A stretch of 64,000 nucleotides of DNA from the human T2T-CHM13v2.0 reference genome, Homo sapiens: NCBI RefSeq assembly GCF_009914755.1, contig NC_060937.1; one strand, given 5' to 3'. The position numbers and the translations under genes are program-made. The first letter of the stretch is position 1, and the number at the start of each line of letters is the position of its first letter. The notes under the pieces were generated by a model. That model was given only the letters and a program-made list of their open reading frames with translations. It searched no databases and had not been told where the DNA came from. Positions 13,084-26,521 of this stretch are shown here, one piece after another.

Positions 13084-16000
13084 AGTACACATTCTTATAT
13101 TCTTATATATATTATGTAAACAGACTAATCTATTTCTGTTTGCCTATAAAATAACACGTGTTTTTTTTTTTTTTTTTCCTGTCAGGACACTTTATATGCT
13201 AGGGTGAATAAAATGCCATTTTTTCTTGTATCCTTTTATTATTTTTTTTCAGTAGCAAATGAAAACTTTTACAAAATGTCTGCTATAATATATGTAACTT
13301 TCTTTAAAAATAATTTAAAAATCATGCTGTATTATATGTTTAAGCTACTTTAATAGTTTCCTTTACATTTCTTTCAAACTACCTGTCCCTAAGGATTGCC
13401 ACGTTTTACATAATTTCATTCGCTAGCAGTGTTTTTATGCCCTTGTTCTCTACTGAAGACAAAAGAAGACAAAAACTACAGGCCCATCAATCAAAAACAA
13501 CACAGTCAGCACCAAGTCCAATAATGAAAACCATGATTTCATAAATCATCTTCCACAGGTTGGGGTCATCTTTAAAGAAAAAAATCTTATCAGGTGCAGC
13601 TGAATATTCTCTTGGTCTTTCATTCTTCAGTTTTTAATAAAACAATAGAATGGCTGTCAGAATACAAATGTGTAACCTTTCTTAAGTAAAAAAAAAAAAA
13701 GCCTGAACTATATCCTGACTATGCCCTTGAAATAAGTTGAAGTCAGGATATTTTTTCCTCAAAGGTCCAGCATTCGTTTTTTAACAGTTTGGCAATGAGG
13801 TAACTTTTTTTTTTTCTCTTACTCCCTTTTCAGACATGTGTGGTTAATTCAATCAAGTGGAGATTAAATTTAAGAACTCAGTTTCAGAAAGCTATTTCCT
13901 GGCAGTGACTAACACTGACTGCAAAAGGAGATTTGACATGGCATTTTTGTTTTAGCTGAATCAACAATTCTTGGGTGAATTCTGTTTTGTGACCCCGAGT
14001 CCACATCCACATATTAGGAAGTAAAATAAGTAGCTTGTAATGACTGGGTAGATGCAGACTGAATGGAGATTTATCTCTTTAAAAATATGAACTCTATATT
14101 TGCAAACCTGGTTAAATATGTCTGAGTGAAATAAGGTTTGATTAGGCATACACAGTACTGTATACTTAATCAAAGTTCCTAAATTGATTTTGCTAAGACG
14201 TCGCTGCCTGGCATATCCCAAGTCCCTAATGTAATCCAATAAAATCTATTTTTTGGACTTGAGTTAGCCATACATATTGGGATATTCACCTTGTTGCAGA
14301 GACATAGACTTGGTTTGTATAAAATAAAATTCATTCAGCAGTAGTATTGACGTGGTGCAGGTTCATGTCCTTTTATGTAGACAGAGAATGGCAGTGTGTC
14401 TAAAGAACAAATCGTTTTGAGTTTAAAAATTAGTGAATGGGAAAATGGAGTGAATTCAAAAAAAAAAAAAAAAGAAAGACATGCAAAATAGGTTGCTGAG
14501 TGTAAGTAGGAGATGCCTTAGGCAACAATTTATGTTAAAAAATTTAAGTATATTATTAAGAATTTGGGAATTCAACACCAAAGGAGTTTATTCTTCGGGT
14601 GTGCTTTTGTGGCAGACATGAGAAAACCTTTTGCTTTAGCAAAGCTCCCATTGTCTTATTTAGTAAGCATTCCGGATACTTCTATTCAGAAGAGGTTGCT
14701 ATTTACAGGCATTGTGAATTCTTACCAATTTTCTGCCTGCTACATAATGTAAAAGCAATGAATGGCTATACTGCATCGTTCACACTTTCAACTATATGTG
14801 ATTATCTGGTCCACTGGTCTACTGTAGTGTATTTCCGAATTGAATTGAAGATAAACCCATAATAGTCCATTTCATACAGAGACATTTGTCTCAGTTTAAA
14901 TTCAGGGCCCACATATCTACTTATTTCCACTCTGTTTTGTAAGTACGGTGTTTTCATCATCATAAAACCATATTAGCTCCCTGATTATACCTGGAATTCT
15001 GCAAGTGCTGTGAGAGCACTACTAGTCTCATTTCTGGTTCTTTAGCATCTAACTTTAAAATAAATAACATAGTCACTAAATAAAGAACAAAGGCTCAGAA
15101 AGGAGTTGTGGGGAATTTTCCTCAAGGTACTGTATCATGTCCAGTTTTGCATAAACAAAAGGATTTCTATATGTTATCAAGTTACTCACATTAACCTTGC
15201 TTTGTTCACACAAACACTTGTTATATTTGAATAAGAAATCAAAATATAATTGGTGTTTGAACAAATTCAAGTTTATTATGCAATCAGACAGCATTACTTA
15301 TATGTTTAGTAACTATATGTGAATCAGTTAAACTTATTTGTACAACTATTCAAATTCATTATTATAATATTCTTAAGATAGATAATCTGATTTTTAAATA
15401 AAAGTTCCACGGATAAAAACATGGTATCATATAGGTAAAATTTTAAAAAATAAAACAATTATCATATACGGTTTTAAAAAATCATAACATTATACATATT
15501 TAGAAATTATACTCCTGGGCAGTAGTAATGCTTTTATTTGGCATAAAAATTAGCAACCGGAAGCAAATACAGTAAAATGTTAATATCTGCTAGGTCCATG
15601 TAGTATGCACATAGATATTTCATTTTTCTCCATACTGGAAATCTTTCATAATTATAAAAGGAAAAACAGAACATACAATTTAACAAGAATGTAAATAGTA
15701 AAATTTATAGAAAATTATGAATTATGTAGAAGAATTGTAAACATGTTTTGTACAAATCAAATTTGTTGCTTACTATTTTCTCCAATACTTAATAAAACTA
15801 ATTTAGAAAGCTTTCTCAAGTGAATTTTAAGTATGTGAGCTACACAAGTTTTTTGAGAATATGAGATCACCACCTGAATTGCTTTTTGTGTTTTTATACA
15901 AAGGAGGATGACTTTACCACATTTACAAGTTTACAAGGGAACATCTTTCTCCCATACCCATTGGCTTTGCTGTCACTGAAAATGAAATATTTTATTTTCA

Positions 16001-16685
16001 GAGTTTTTTCTTAACACCATTTGAAATACTTCTACTTGAAAAGAAATTATTGTCCCATCTAACTTTTTTTGTTAATTCTTATCAACATGGAAATTGTGTA
16101 ATAATTCAATGTAATTTTATTTTCCTCAGAAGTACTGTACAATAGATAAAACATGTTAGGTTTAGAAATCAAGAGTCTACTGAATGCATATGATATCCAA
16201 TAGATACAACTGGCAAACTTATTAAGACAATCACGTATATAGTAGTTCAAGATTATTACTGGGTCTTTCTAGTAAAGCTGTAATATTACTCAATATTTCT
16301 AATACTATCAATAATAATCCTAGAAGCTTGGCCTTCATTTTTATGTTATTCTATCTTGCTATGTAAACACAGAAAAGCCAAAATGTTATTGTAAGCCTTT
16401 GATATCTGCACTCTAATATGTATTAATTAAATCTAAAAAAAATTTATATATAAGCCAAATTAGAAAAGTTCTGAAATAAAACATGTTTGTAAAGGATGAA
16501 CGGGGAATAATAAGACAGTGTAGCACAGTTTATCATTTTTCCACATATTCTTTGTGAGCAATTCAGTATTTTGATTAATGGATCCAATTATTGTTTAGAG
16601 ACTATCAACTATCTTGTCTTTAGGCATTTGTCTACATGCCTAAAATTGACAATCTGCCACCCTCCAAAAAGAAAACCATCCGAAA

Positions 16686-16741
16686 TCTCTCTCTCTCTCT
16701 CCCTCACTCTCTCTTTCTCTCTGTGTCTATGTGTGTGTGTG
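16686..16741. repeat. (CT)n/(GT)n compound microsatellite
   Basis: Directly visible. Confidence 0.85.
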
Positions 16742-16905
16742 CTTGTATGAGTCATTTTATCTATGCTGAACATAATCAAATTTGTCCTCCTCATCAAAAC
16801 CTTTAGAACCTATCTCAATTAAGAATATCTTTCCTGTTAATTTTTTAATACATCTACAGTGAGTGTCATATGGTTTAGAATTAATTTAAATGCTATTTGC
16901 TATAA

Positions 16906-17075
16906 CAAGAGTTCCAAAACTTCTGCAAATCAGATCTAATAACACCCATTTATTTAGTATTTTCTAAGACTGCTTTCCTGCTACAATGGCAAGATTGAGT
17001 AATTGCCAGAGACCCTAGGAAGCCAGCAAGACTTGAGATATGTAGGCCAGTAGACAAGAAGTTTGCCCATACGTG
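16906..17075 (-). mobile_element. MER58A-like hAT-Charlie MITE
   Basis: ctgctttcctgctacaatggcaagattgagtaattgc..gaagtttgccc is the reverse complement of MER58. Confidence 0.65.
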
Positions 17076-17940
17076 CCAAACTATATATGGGACATTTCTG
17101 GTATCTTTACTTTATATAAAGTTGCTTTTTCAAGTAAAATACAATATAGTTAAACTTAAGAACAATTTTTAGAAATTTATATTTTGAACATGACCTCAAA
17201 GTATTTGTCATTGTTCCAGGGACATATTGGACACTTTGTAACTGACCGATTTATTAAATCATTGCAGAGCAAGAAATCCATTTATGATATAAACTGCACT
17301 TCCTCTAAGCTTGATCACTTTAGCTTAAGAGATCACCAGAATGCTACACATTTGGGTTGCATAATTGTGAGAGTAAAAATACTTTTGAGGAATTTTGATA
17401 GTAATTAGACTTTTAGCTTTTCCAATGAAACAGGCATTCTTAGACATTTCTGTAATTTAAAAAAAACAACAACAAAACTTGCTATCAGGGACAATATCCA
17501 CTGTGTTCTTCACAGAGCCTCTTAAAAGCTCATGTGAAATTCCTACCAGAATTCAGCATTAAAGAAAAAACGTGTCTTGGAATGAATTTTGGTTTTCTTT
17601 GTAAGATAATGAAAACTTCTCAATCCATTGCCTATCCCTTCTAAACTTGGCCTTCAGGAAACCCAGAACTAAGATTTAAGCTCTATTTTAGTAGCGAATC
17701 TTAAATTTCCTTTCCTGTCATGTACTCCATACTTTTAATAAACAATTCTTGATTTTTTCCCTCTTAATGATTTTACATCTTTAAAATTTTGTGCTGCAAT
17801 AAACTTACTTTTGAAATTGGCATTATAGAAAAATAATGAATGCTTGCATGAATTAATAAATGAATAAATGAAAAAATATGCCCCCACATTCTGCCATCCA
17901 TTATTCTCAACAAAATGAATGGACATGTTCTATCCATCCC

Positions 17941-18360
17941 GTGTTAGTTCATTCCTGCATTGCTATAAAGAAATACCTGAGATTGGGTAATTTATAAAGA
18001 AGAGAGGTTCAACTGGTTCACGGTTCTGCAGGCTGTACAAGAAGCATGGCTCCAACATCTGTTTGGCTTCTGGGGAGATATGGGGAGCTTTTACTCATGG
18101 CAGAGGGCAAAACAAGAACTTACATGTCATATGGCAAAAACAGGAAAAACAGAGGAGGGGAGGTGCCACACACTTTTAAACACCCAGATCCCATGTGAAC
18201 TCAGAGCAATAGCTTACTTATTACCAGGAGGATGGTGCTAAGCCATTCATGAAGGATCCGCCCCCATGATTCAAACACCTTCCACCAAGCCCCGCCTACA
18301 ACACTGGGGATTAGATTTCAACCTGAGATTTGGACAGAGACAAATATCCAAACTATATCA
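17941..18360 (-). mobile_element. MSTB-like MaLR solo LTR
   Basis: cattgctataaagaaatacctgaga..ggttctgcaggctgtacaagaagcatggc..atccaaactatatca; atccc on both flanks (TSD). Confidence 0.9.
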
Positions 18361-19419
18361 ATCCCTATTTTCCTGAATCATCAATAAAACCACAATGAGA
18401 CAATACTTTTAAAAGTTTCAAAAGTGAAATTTAGAAATAATAGCTGATTTTTGACCCTAAGTTGCAAACTCCTCCTCCTCGATAAAATTTGGATTTGAAT
18501 ATTATGAAAGCACACTTTTTTATGGGCAAGGTAGGGCTGATAAGCAAGGATTAAAAGGATATACTTTGGAAAATTCAAATATTTTGTTAGTTTATTTACA
18601 CTCTAGGGATAAACCAATGAGAAAACGCCCGAGGTTTAGAAGTTATATAAGTTTATGGGTAACATAAATTTACTTTAAATACATGTGGGGTGGTGGTAAT
18701 AAGTTGTTTGACTTGCGCTACTCCAAAATGCCTGGACTGCAGTGCTGTTGTTGGGAGGGGCAAAGGGATTCAATGGGCAGGGAATTTTAAAACTTTTCGA
18801 GTAAAAGAGACCAAAACCCAAACGCATGAATTAACACCAGGGCAAATTGCTTTATTGGAACACAGTATTTCCAAGAAAGGCCCAAGGGCATAATAGTACA
18901 AGATATCCAAACTAAAACTGTTTTAAATAAAGAAAATCTAGTCCGGTGTCCCAGATATAATATACATTTTCTCTGGATTCACGTGGAAAGACTAGGGTCT
19001 GATACAGTTTATATTCGAGGCTGGGAACTACTATGCATGTGGCCACACAGAAATAATAGTGCACTTTGGAAAGTTAACTGAACACATGAGCTGTATAAAG
19101 TTGGGCTGGTTATCTCCACTGGCAGTGCTTTGACATCCTATTCTGATAAACAGTGGTGATAGTAGTGCATTCCTCTAAGGTTCTGTAAGAATTAAATAAA
19201 TTTATATATAAAAATCCTTTAAAAAAAACCAGATACCTGGTAAGATCTATATTAGAAATTGTTTATTATTATTATAACAATCAGTACAGATACCCATATA
19301 TATATATCAAGTTAAATTCACCATTAATCGGGTTATGCACAAACTGGTAATAGGAAATGGGCAAAAGCTTTATGATGATCAAACTGACCATCAACGGAAG
19401 AGGCAGACGAGCACTCTTT

Positions 19420-19569
19420 ATAATCTCAGGCCTGCTTCTAATTAGCAGTATGCCCTTGGGTAAACACTTAGAGCTTCTGAGTCTCAACTTCCATATACGA
19501 AAAATAAATGAGTTAGTCTAGAGAATCCCTAAGGTCATTTTGGCCCTAAGATTTTATGAGTCTATGAAT
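19420..19569 (+). mobile_element. MIR (MIR3/MIRc-like)
   Basis: cccttgggtaaacactta..tctgagtctcaacttcc core; ctaaggtcattttggccctaagattttatga tail. Confidence 0.65.
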
Positions 19570-19755
19570 CCTCTTAGAATGTGAGTGTCATATAGTCAGG
19601 CCCTAGGAGAGAAACAGACAACACACATGCCAGTTCCCTTCCCTGCAAGAGGTTATGATCCTGATACGATGAAAGAGGCTTGTTACCCACATTTGCATGA
19701 CACAGTATCATTCTCAATTATATAAGCTTTGTAAAGTATTTTTCTGATTTTGCAG

Positions 19756-19930
19756 ACCGAAGCAGCTCTCGGCCATTGGAAAATATTGTGAGCCAGGATG
19801 ACTAGCTTTACAGACTTTGAGCTTCTCTTCTTACTCGACTGGTCGACGGCAGTCCTATTAAAACAGAATCTACACTTTTATATTTTACTGAAAAGGTATC
19901 ACACTAAATAAACTTTTTTGACTGACGTGT
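19756..19930 (+). other. Candidate 3'-terminal exon (short coding tail xRSSSRPLENIVSQDD*, short UTR, polyA signal); host gene unknown
   Basis: Acceptor tttctgattttgcag| ending 19755; TAG 19803-19805; ATTAAA 19857, AATAAA 19907; downstream gtgtattttctgtt; locally retained CpGs. Confidence 0.3.
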
Positions 19931-21932
19931 ATTTTCTGTTACTCAGATAGTTCTTTTCTGCCAAAGCAGCAATCCAAATCGGTTCAGGACAAAAAAGTGA
20001 GCGGGCCTTGTCCTGTCCTGACTGCGAGCAATGATGAGAGGGAACACGGTGCCTCAGTGCTCTCAGTGTGCTGCAGGGCTCTCTGTGGCTTAAATGCCCT
20101 TTACGTCCTTTCCCTACCTTCAATACTATCATTTATTTTTAGCATCTTTTGTTTTGAACGTCTTAAACTGATAGTACTATGGTAATAAAATGTCAGTGTC
20201 AACAGACTTTCCTGAATTTGGATTAAATGTGCATACAATGATTTTTTTTCCGCTATTTCATTTGCTTTGGAACTCAGCATTGTCCCGAAACTCCTTAGGT
20301 CTTCCTTTCTAGTAATAGAAGAAAACAGTGATTCAGATTTGAACTAAATGCATTTACTTTTGTTCATAATACTGTGAGTGAGATAAGATTGGGTGGGAAG
20401 TTGTCTTTTTTCCTGCATTGCTGCATTTTCCTGCAGTAGTTCTGCAGATCATCTTTCAGGTTCAAAGCCACGTGAAAACCTGTGATGCAAAGCAATCTCC
20501 CTGGGAACAGACATGCTTCATTTTAATGCTTGTTGCCTTTAAAATTAATCTATCGAATATCTGATTATTTAGCTGATCCTTTCCAATGGTGGAATCTTCA
20601 AATCCTGTGTATTCACAGGATGAATTCTTAACTCTGGACTTTATTTATGCCTCAGGGCTTATCAAGTCCATAATAGAAGCACTGTGAACCATAAATGGAG
20701 TATTTGCCTCACAGTAATTGAACCATATGATGCTTTGTGTTTAGGTATCTTATGTCTTAATTCATAACCAATTTTAAAAGGGCCTGTTTCTGTGACATCA
20801 GGAAACCCTTGTCTTCCAGGACAGAGGAGAATGAAATGCTTCATGATTAATGACACTATCTAAATACTGGCAGAAGCTGGTGAGTTCTTGCAAAGGAGGC
20901 GTGTTTGACTGTATTCTGCCCAAGGACAACAGCTCATTAGGCAATATTTTCCCCATTAATGTTTAGTATTAAACACTGAATGAAAGACTAAATATCATAC
21001 AGAAAAACAAATTGAAAACAGCACAGTAGGGTTTAGGGTAGGCAGCCAACAGCCTCCCCTTCATTTGGAAGACAGCTTGCATACCTATTCCAAAGATTAA
21101 TGAGCAATCAGTTCTAAATTAAGCCAAGACCTGCATTTAAATCTTTTTTTTCCCTCTGTTGAAAGTATGGCTATGAGTTACACTAACTGTGATAAAATAC
21201 AGTATTAGCCTTTCCATGTGTTGAGTAATGTGGTTAGAAACATGAAAGATTGTTTCTGAAACATTTCCTTCACATTTTTTCAACATTTATTTTCCTGCAC
21301 AATTTGAAAGGAAATGGGCCATGATGAGGTCGGTAGTTTCTGCCACATGATGCAGAATCTTGCTCTCTGTCAGTCACTCAAAAAACAGTCACCACTTTGA
21401 AGATGGAATAAGAAAACCGCTTTTATGAACATCACAGATCCTATCATAGGTAGCTAACATAGAATTTCAATTTTATGAAAACTGTCAAAAGAAACTACCT
21501 TTCAGTAGGAGCACAGATACTGTTATAGTGTGTGAAAATATGGAAGATTCTGCTATATTGCTGAAGCCTCAGGACACTGATAACACCCGTGGTACGTGTT
21601 ATGGTGAGATATATTTTATACACAGAGAGGCTTGGTTTAACAAAACATGTGATTCAATCCTCAAACTGCAAAATTGTTTCAAGAGGAATTCACTTGGTTA
21701 GAGGACTTACTTTAGAAAAACCTGATACAGGATACGACAATTCACAAAACAAAAACGATATTTAGGGATTCTTAATCTGGGTCTCTCTAACCTTAGTATA
21801 TCTATGAAAGAACTGTGTACACACCTAATTTTTAATACATGATTCTGTTTGTGTGTGCATATATATACATTATCCTGGAGTAGATTTTCATTAAATTCTG
21901 AAAGAGAAATTTGATACCACACTTTAAAGAGT

Positions 21933-22058
21933 CATTGCTGCACTCCAGCCTGAGTGACAAAGTGAGACCCTGTCTCAAAAAAAAAGTATGTGTGTGTATA
22001 TATACATATATATATATATATATAGTTTTATACATATTTTAAATATATATACATATAT
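21933..22058 (+). mobile_element. Severely 5'-truncated Alu 3' end plus (TG)n/(TA)n microsatellite
   Basis: ctgcactccagcctgagtgacaaagtgagaccctgtctcaaaaaaaaa then a TA-rich run. Confidence 0.85.
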
Positions 22059-22461
22059 TACATAAGGCAGTCAAATTTCCTCCTTTGGCTATACTTTAAA
22101 AATTACCTAAGGAAATTTTTTTAAAAAAATACCAATGTAGAAAACCCTTCCATAGCTCAATTAAATCACAATATCAAGGGGTAAAATCAAGGCATGGCAT
22201 TTGTTTTAAAAAATCTTGTATCTTAAAATAATACATGACTGGGAACCAAAATAAGTGACAAAGACAAAAAAAATTACATTGTCGTATGGAAAAGGGGAAT
22301 CTGATATAAACGGAAGATCCTTGGAAAGATTTGACCAAAATTTCAAGTTAAGAATTGTGTAGCTTTCAGTATGAAGTAAATATACTAAGATTTCAAAATT
22401 CAATAAGAAAGACAATTACAACAATTTTTTTGAAACAACTGTCACATAGCTTATGCGTATC

Positions 22462-22901
22462 AGTAGGAGGTTGAATGATGTTACCCCAAAAGATGTGTTT
22501 GTGTCCAAATCCTTGGACTTGTGAGTTTGACTTCACCTGGAAGAATGGTCTTTGCAAATATAGTTAAAGAGATGAGGTCATGGTGGTTTGAGAGAGCCCT
22601 AAGTCCAATGACAAGTGTCCTAGGGAAAGGACACACAGAAAGAAAAGAATGAGGCTATGTGACCACGGAGATAGAGAGAGTCATGCAGCCACAAGCTAAA
22701 GGGCATGTGGAACCAAGAAGATCTGCAAGAGACATGGAGTGGAATCTCCCCTTAAAACTTTGGAGGAAGTGGAGTCCCTCAATTTCAGATTTCTTGCCCC
22801 AGAAGTAGGAGAGAAAAAATGTATGCTTTTTGTTATTGTTGTTGTTTTTTTAACGTCACCCAGCTTATGGTAATATGCTACAGTCACAGGAAACTGACAC
22901 A
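22462..22901 (+). mobile_element. MLT1C-like MaLR LTR
   Basis: ccccaaaagatg..ggtctttgcaaat..gagatgaggtcat..atgcagccacaagc..caggaaactgacaca. Confidence 0.85.
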
Positions 22902-23214
22902 ATATCTTATTCTTATTTGTCTGCTAGCAAATAATATAATATCTTAACATTAGCATAGTTTGCTGGACTGAAATTACAGTCTCTGAATAGAGCCCACTGC
23001 ATTTCTTTTACTTGCAGGGTGTTGCTTCAAAATGATTTTAAAGCAAGTCTTGTTTAAGGTGAATTCATAGCAATTTGTTCAAGAAAGAATCATCAGCATT
23101 CTTGAAAGTTCAATCATTATCTCATTTGCTCTCCCTGAATCATTACCTTTGTGTGAAATGCTGCGTACTCCTCCTCCTCCTCACCCTTCATTACTATCAC
23201 TATCAAAATTTATA

Positions 23215-23358
23215 ATTACATAGAATTTACACTATGCCAGCATATTATAGGACAACATTTATTTAATAATGGGAGTAACCCTACAGAATAGGCACTATTA
23301 TGACCATTTAACAGTTGAGGAACTGAAGAACAGAGCTTGAGAAATTTGCTCAAAGTTG
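23215..23358 (-). mobile_element. MIR
   Basis: aaccctacagaataggcactattatgaccatttaacagttgaggaactgaag is the reverse MIR core. Confidence 0.65.
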
Positions 23359-23507
23359 AAGTAAAGAAAGGAAGATAATATGAGAAAAATAAACTGCCAA
23401 ATGGTAATATTGTTAAAGATGATGACAGTATTTCATTTGTTCAAGTAGCACATAATGTGTGTCTTCTGAACGTAGTTTCTTTGCCAAACGAAGATTCAGA
23501 TGAACTT

Positions 23508-23565
23508 AACATATATATATATATTCACACATATACATATACACACACACACACATATGTACACA
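23508..23565. repeat. (TA)n/(CA)n microsatellite
   Basis: Directly visible. Confidence 0.85.
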
Positions 23566-25034
23566 GATACTACTATGTGCACAGTGATTCAGTGGAAGAA
23601 TGCATATACAGGCTGCTCTGTAGGAGTTGGCAGGGGGAGGGTGGAGTGTAGCATCAGAGGGAAAAAGCATAATGAGGGGTGAGAAGAGATTAAGGATGAT
23701 TTTTTAAAAATATGATTACCATTATCACATAGAAGATAACTGGATCAAGTAATTTCTATGCAGACACAGAGGGAAAAAACTTGCATTATTGAAAACAATT
23801 TTTTATGATTTTTATAAATGTAAACTTTTGAAAAATACTTAAGCATAAAATAATTTATATAACAGATAGATAGTTTTATAATGGGTTATACATTTTATAA
23901 GTTCAGTGTCTACCAGTGAAGGCATGATCGATATTCAGAGGTAATCAAGGTCAGCATCGCTCATTATGAGGCGGTGCTAAATGATATGTAGAGTGCTTGG
24001 TCATTCAGCCCTCAGATGGAGAAGTGAGGGAAATAAATAAATAGTGGGAATGGGCTTTAATGAGTTCATGATTAATTTTTCTTTTTGCCACGATTAGCTT
24101 TCATACTCTTTTGTCACAAACAATTTGCAAGAATTATTTAGTTAAAATCAAATATATTGAAAGTAATAAAAAAGTTGAAAGTACTTTCTGTATGAAAACT
24201 GTAGCTTAATAATTACATAAAATGGTTATTAATTTCCTTTGATATGAATTCTGTTTGTATCAGAATTTTTCCTTTTCTCTTTTGTTGTTCTTTTTCCTTT
24301 TCTCTTTTTGTTTCCTTTTCTCTTTTGTATAAAGATATAAAGAATGTATCTTTATTCTGCCATGGAAGACTAAAATTTTATTCTTGTTAATATTGTGTAC
24401 TGAAATTTTAATGTGTAATTACAGAACAGGTAACCAGCGTCCTTTCTGCTGAAGAAATCCTGGAAAGGGTACTGACAAACCTGGCAAATTTCAAGACCTG
24501 TTTCAAACTCTCACTTTTTTCAGCTAAAGGGGGGTGTTAATAATAACATAATTTGGACTTGCAAAATAGTATGGAGAAATCTGCAAATATAGAGCTATCG
24601 GAAGAGAATCCAAAGAAAGAAGAACAGAAGTAAAAAGGTTTTATTAGTGCACCCCACTCCCACAAATGATAATTCAGCACTCGTTGAGGAAAAGGACTAA
24701 GGTAGTTATATTAGCTTTCTAGCAAAGCCAACACAAGCCAATATGTTGCCGTTTATAATAATATATTTTGGGAAGTCAAAAAGTAGAGACATTTCATTCA
24801 TAAAATGGGGAGTATCATTTTGAAACCAAAATTTGTAGATACCTCTGCTATCTTGAAATAATAGCCATCTTTGCTCCTATTTTAATATATCTTGCAACTT
24901 TCCAATGAAATTATTTTCTATTAAAAATCTTGAGTGATGTGTGTGCATGTGAGAGAGAGAAAGAGAGACAGAGAGCATGAACATGTGCTTGCATGCCTCA
25001 GGAGAAAAATCTTAGAATCTCACAGGTTGGTGTC

Positions 25035-26088
25035 ACTATTAATTTGTGGTTCTAACCTCAGCTGAATACTCCTCTGAATTGCCAGACACTACTTCCAGTT
25101 CTCCCTTGTCGCTCTCATTTCCCTTCTCTACAACGGCAATTTTACAACTTCTCCACTCTCTTTAACCCCTGATCTCCAACAGCGTCTCTCCAACTCTTAA
25201 AAGGTCATGTCAATTCTTGGAAGCAGTTGTCATCAGTGAAGCATTCCCCCAGTTTACCACCTCTTTACAGTCCTCCAGGATTCCTGAATTATTCTTTCTG
25301 CTTTCATGTGTTTAGAGTTAGCACTGGCCAGTCTCCTGCCAGTCCTAGCCCCTCCACATGTGTTCTGCATCCAATTTCCTCTTTCCTTCCCAGGAACTAA
25401 ATACTATCAATTATACCTCCTTTATTCACTCTTCAATGTTTTCTTCTTTTCTGGAACACTTCCATTAGCACTTACACTTGTCTAAATCTTTTTCCATCTT
25501 AAAACAAAGCAAAAATCAAAACAAAACAAAACAAAACAAGCAAACAAACAACGAAAGTCCTTTATTTTTAGCCCACTTACTCATTCTTGCTTTTTAATGC
25601 CAAATTTCTTTAAAACATTTGTCTACATTGAATGTCTCCAACTTTGTATGTCTCATTAAAGTTTCAAGGTGTTAAGATGTGGCTTCTTCCCACAGCATAC
25701 ATTCTAGTGCACTTCAGCCATTTTATTTGCATCTTCCAAGAATGCTTAAGAATCAGCGTGGCCAAAATGAAGCTTGTCATCTCTTTCAAATCCCCCAGCT
25801 TTCACCTTGTTGTCTAAGCTAAGACGACATACGTTCTTCACTTTATTCTCTTCCTTAGCTCACACAATTTAATCCTTACGTTATAGCTCTTAAGTAGTGT
25901 TTAAATCCTTCCATTTATTTGTATATACTCTGTACAGCTGTTCCCTTTCAATGCACTTATTGCACTTTTTCAGTGGACATTGATCTGATTCCCCCAATAG
26001 AAGGAACCATGGCTATCTCATTCCTTGCTACATTCTTAGGGATGAGTTCCGGGTTTGGACATGACTGATGCTCAATAAAAATAAATAT
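25035..26088 (+). mobile_element. Fragmented L2
   Basis: Pyrimidine-rich L2 ORF2 motifs (ccctccacatgtgttctgcatcc, tccatcttaaaacaaa); terminal gatgctcaataaa. Confidence 0.65.
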
Positions 26089-26477
26089 TAGTTTTGTGTG
26101 TAAAACGAAGTTTCCATTTCTATCAGGAAGGGGAGAATGCTTCTACAAACAGGAGTCTTTCTATTGCAAGCTCTTTAGAGAAGAAATAATGCTATTTATT
26201 TTAATTATGAGCTGAATGAGCACAAAGGAAGAACACCTGAGGTTTGAGTTATAAATGCTGTGTAAAGTGACTGTGATCCTGCGGTGCTAATAAAACACGA
26301 GAATAAGACTATTGAGTCTTGTGCAAATATTTTGATGAACCATTTTGTCAGAATGAAGACTCCCCTGAAGAGGAAAGTCTCAACTCAAAGTTCAGAAATT
26401 TTGCTGAGCTAAAATGCTTGAAAATCAGGACAGTCTTAAAATCAATGTATTTATGTTTACTTATACAATGCTTTGAA

Positions 26478-26478
26478 A

Positions 26479-26511
<33 letters not shown>

Positions 26512-26521
26512 GTCTCTCTCT
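26478..26521. repeat. (CT)n microsatellite
   Basis: Directly visible. Confidence 0.9.

Noticed and set aside
14720-14765. Minus-strand microexon-like AG...GTAAGA arrangement
   Set aside because: Possible lengths (7, 11, 14 nt) do not preserve frame and nothing else supports it.
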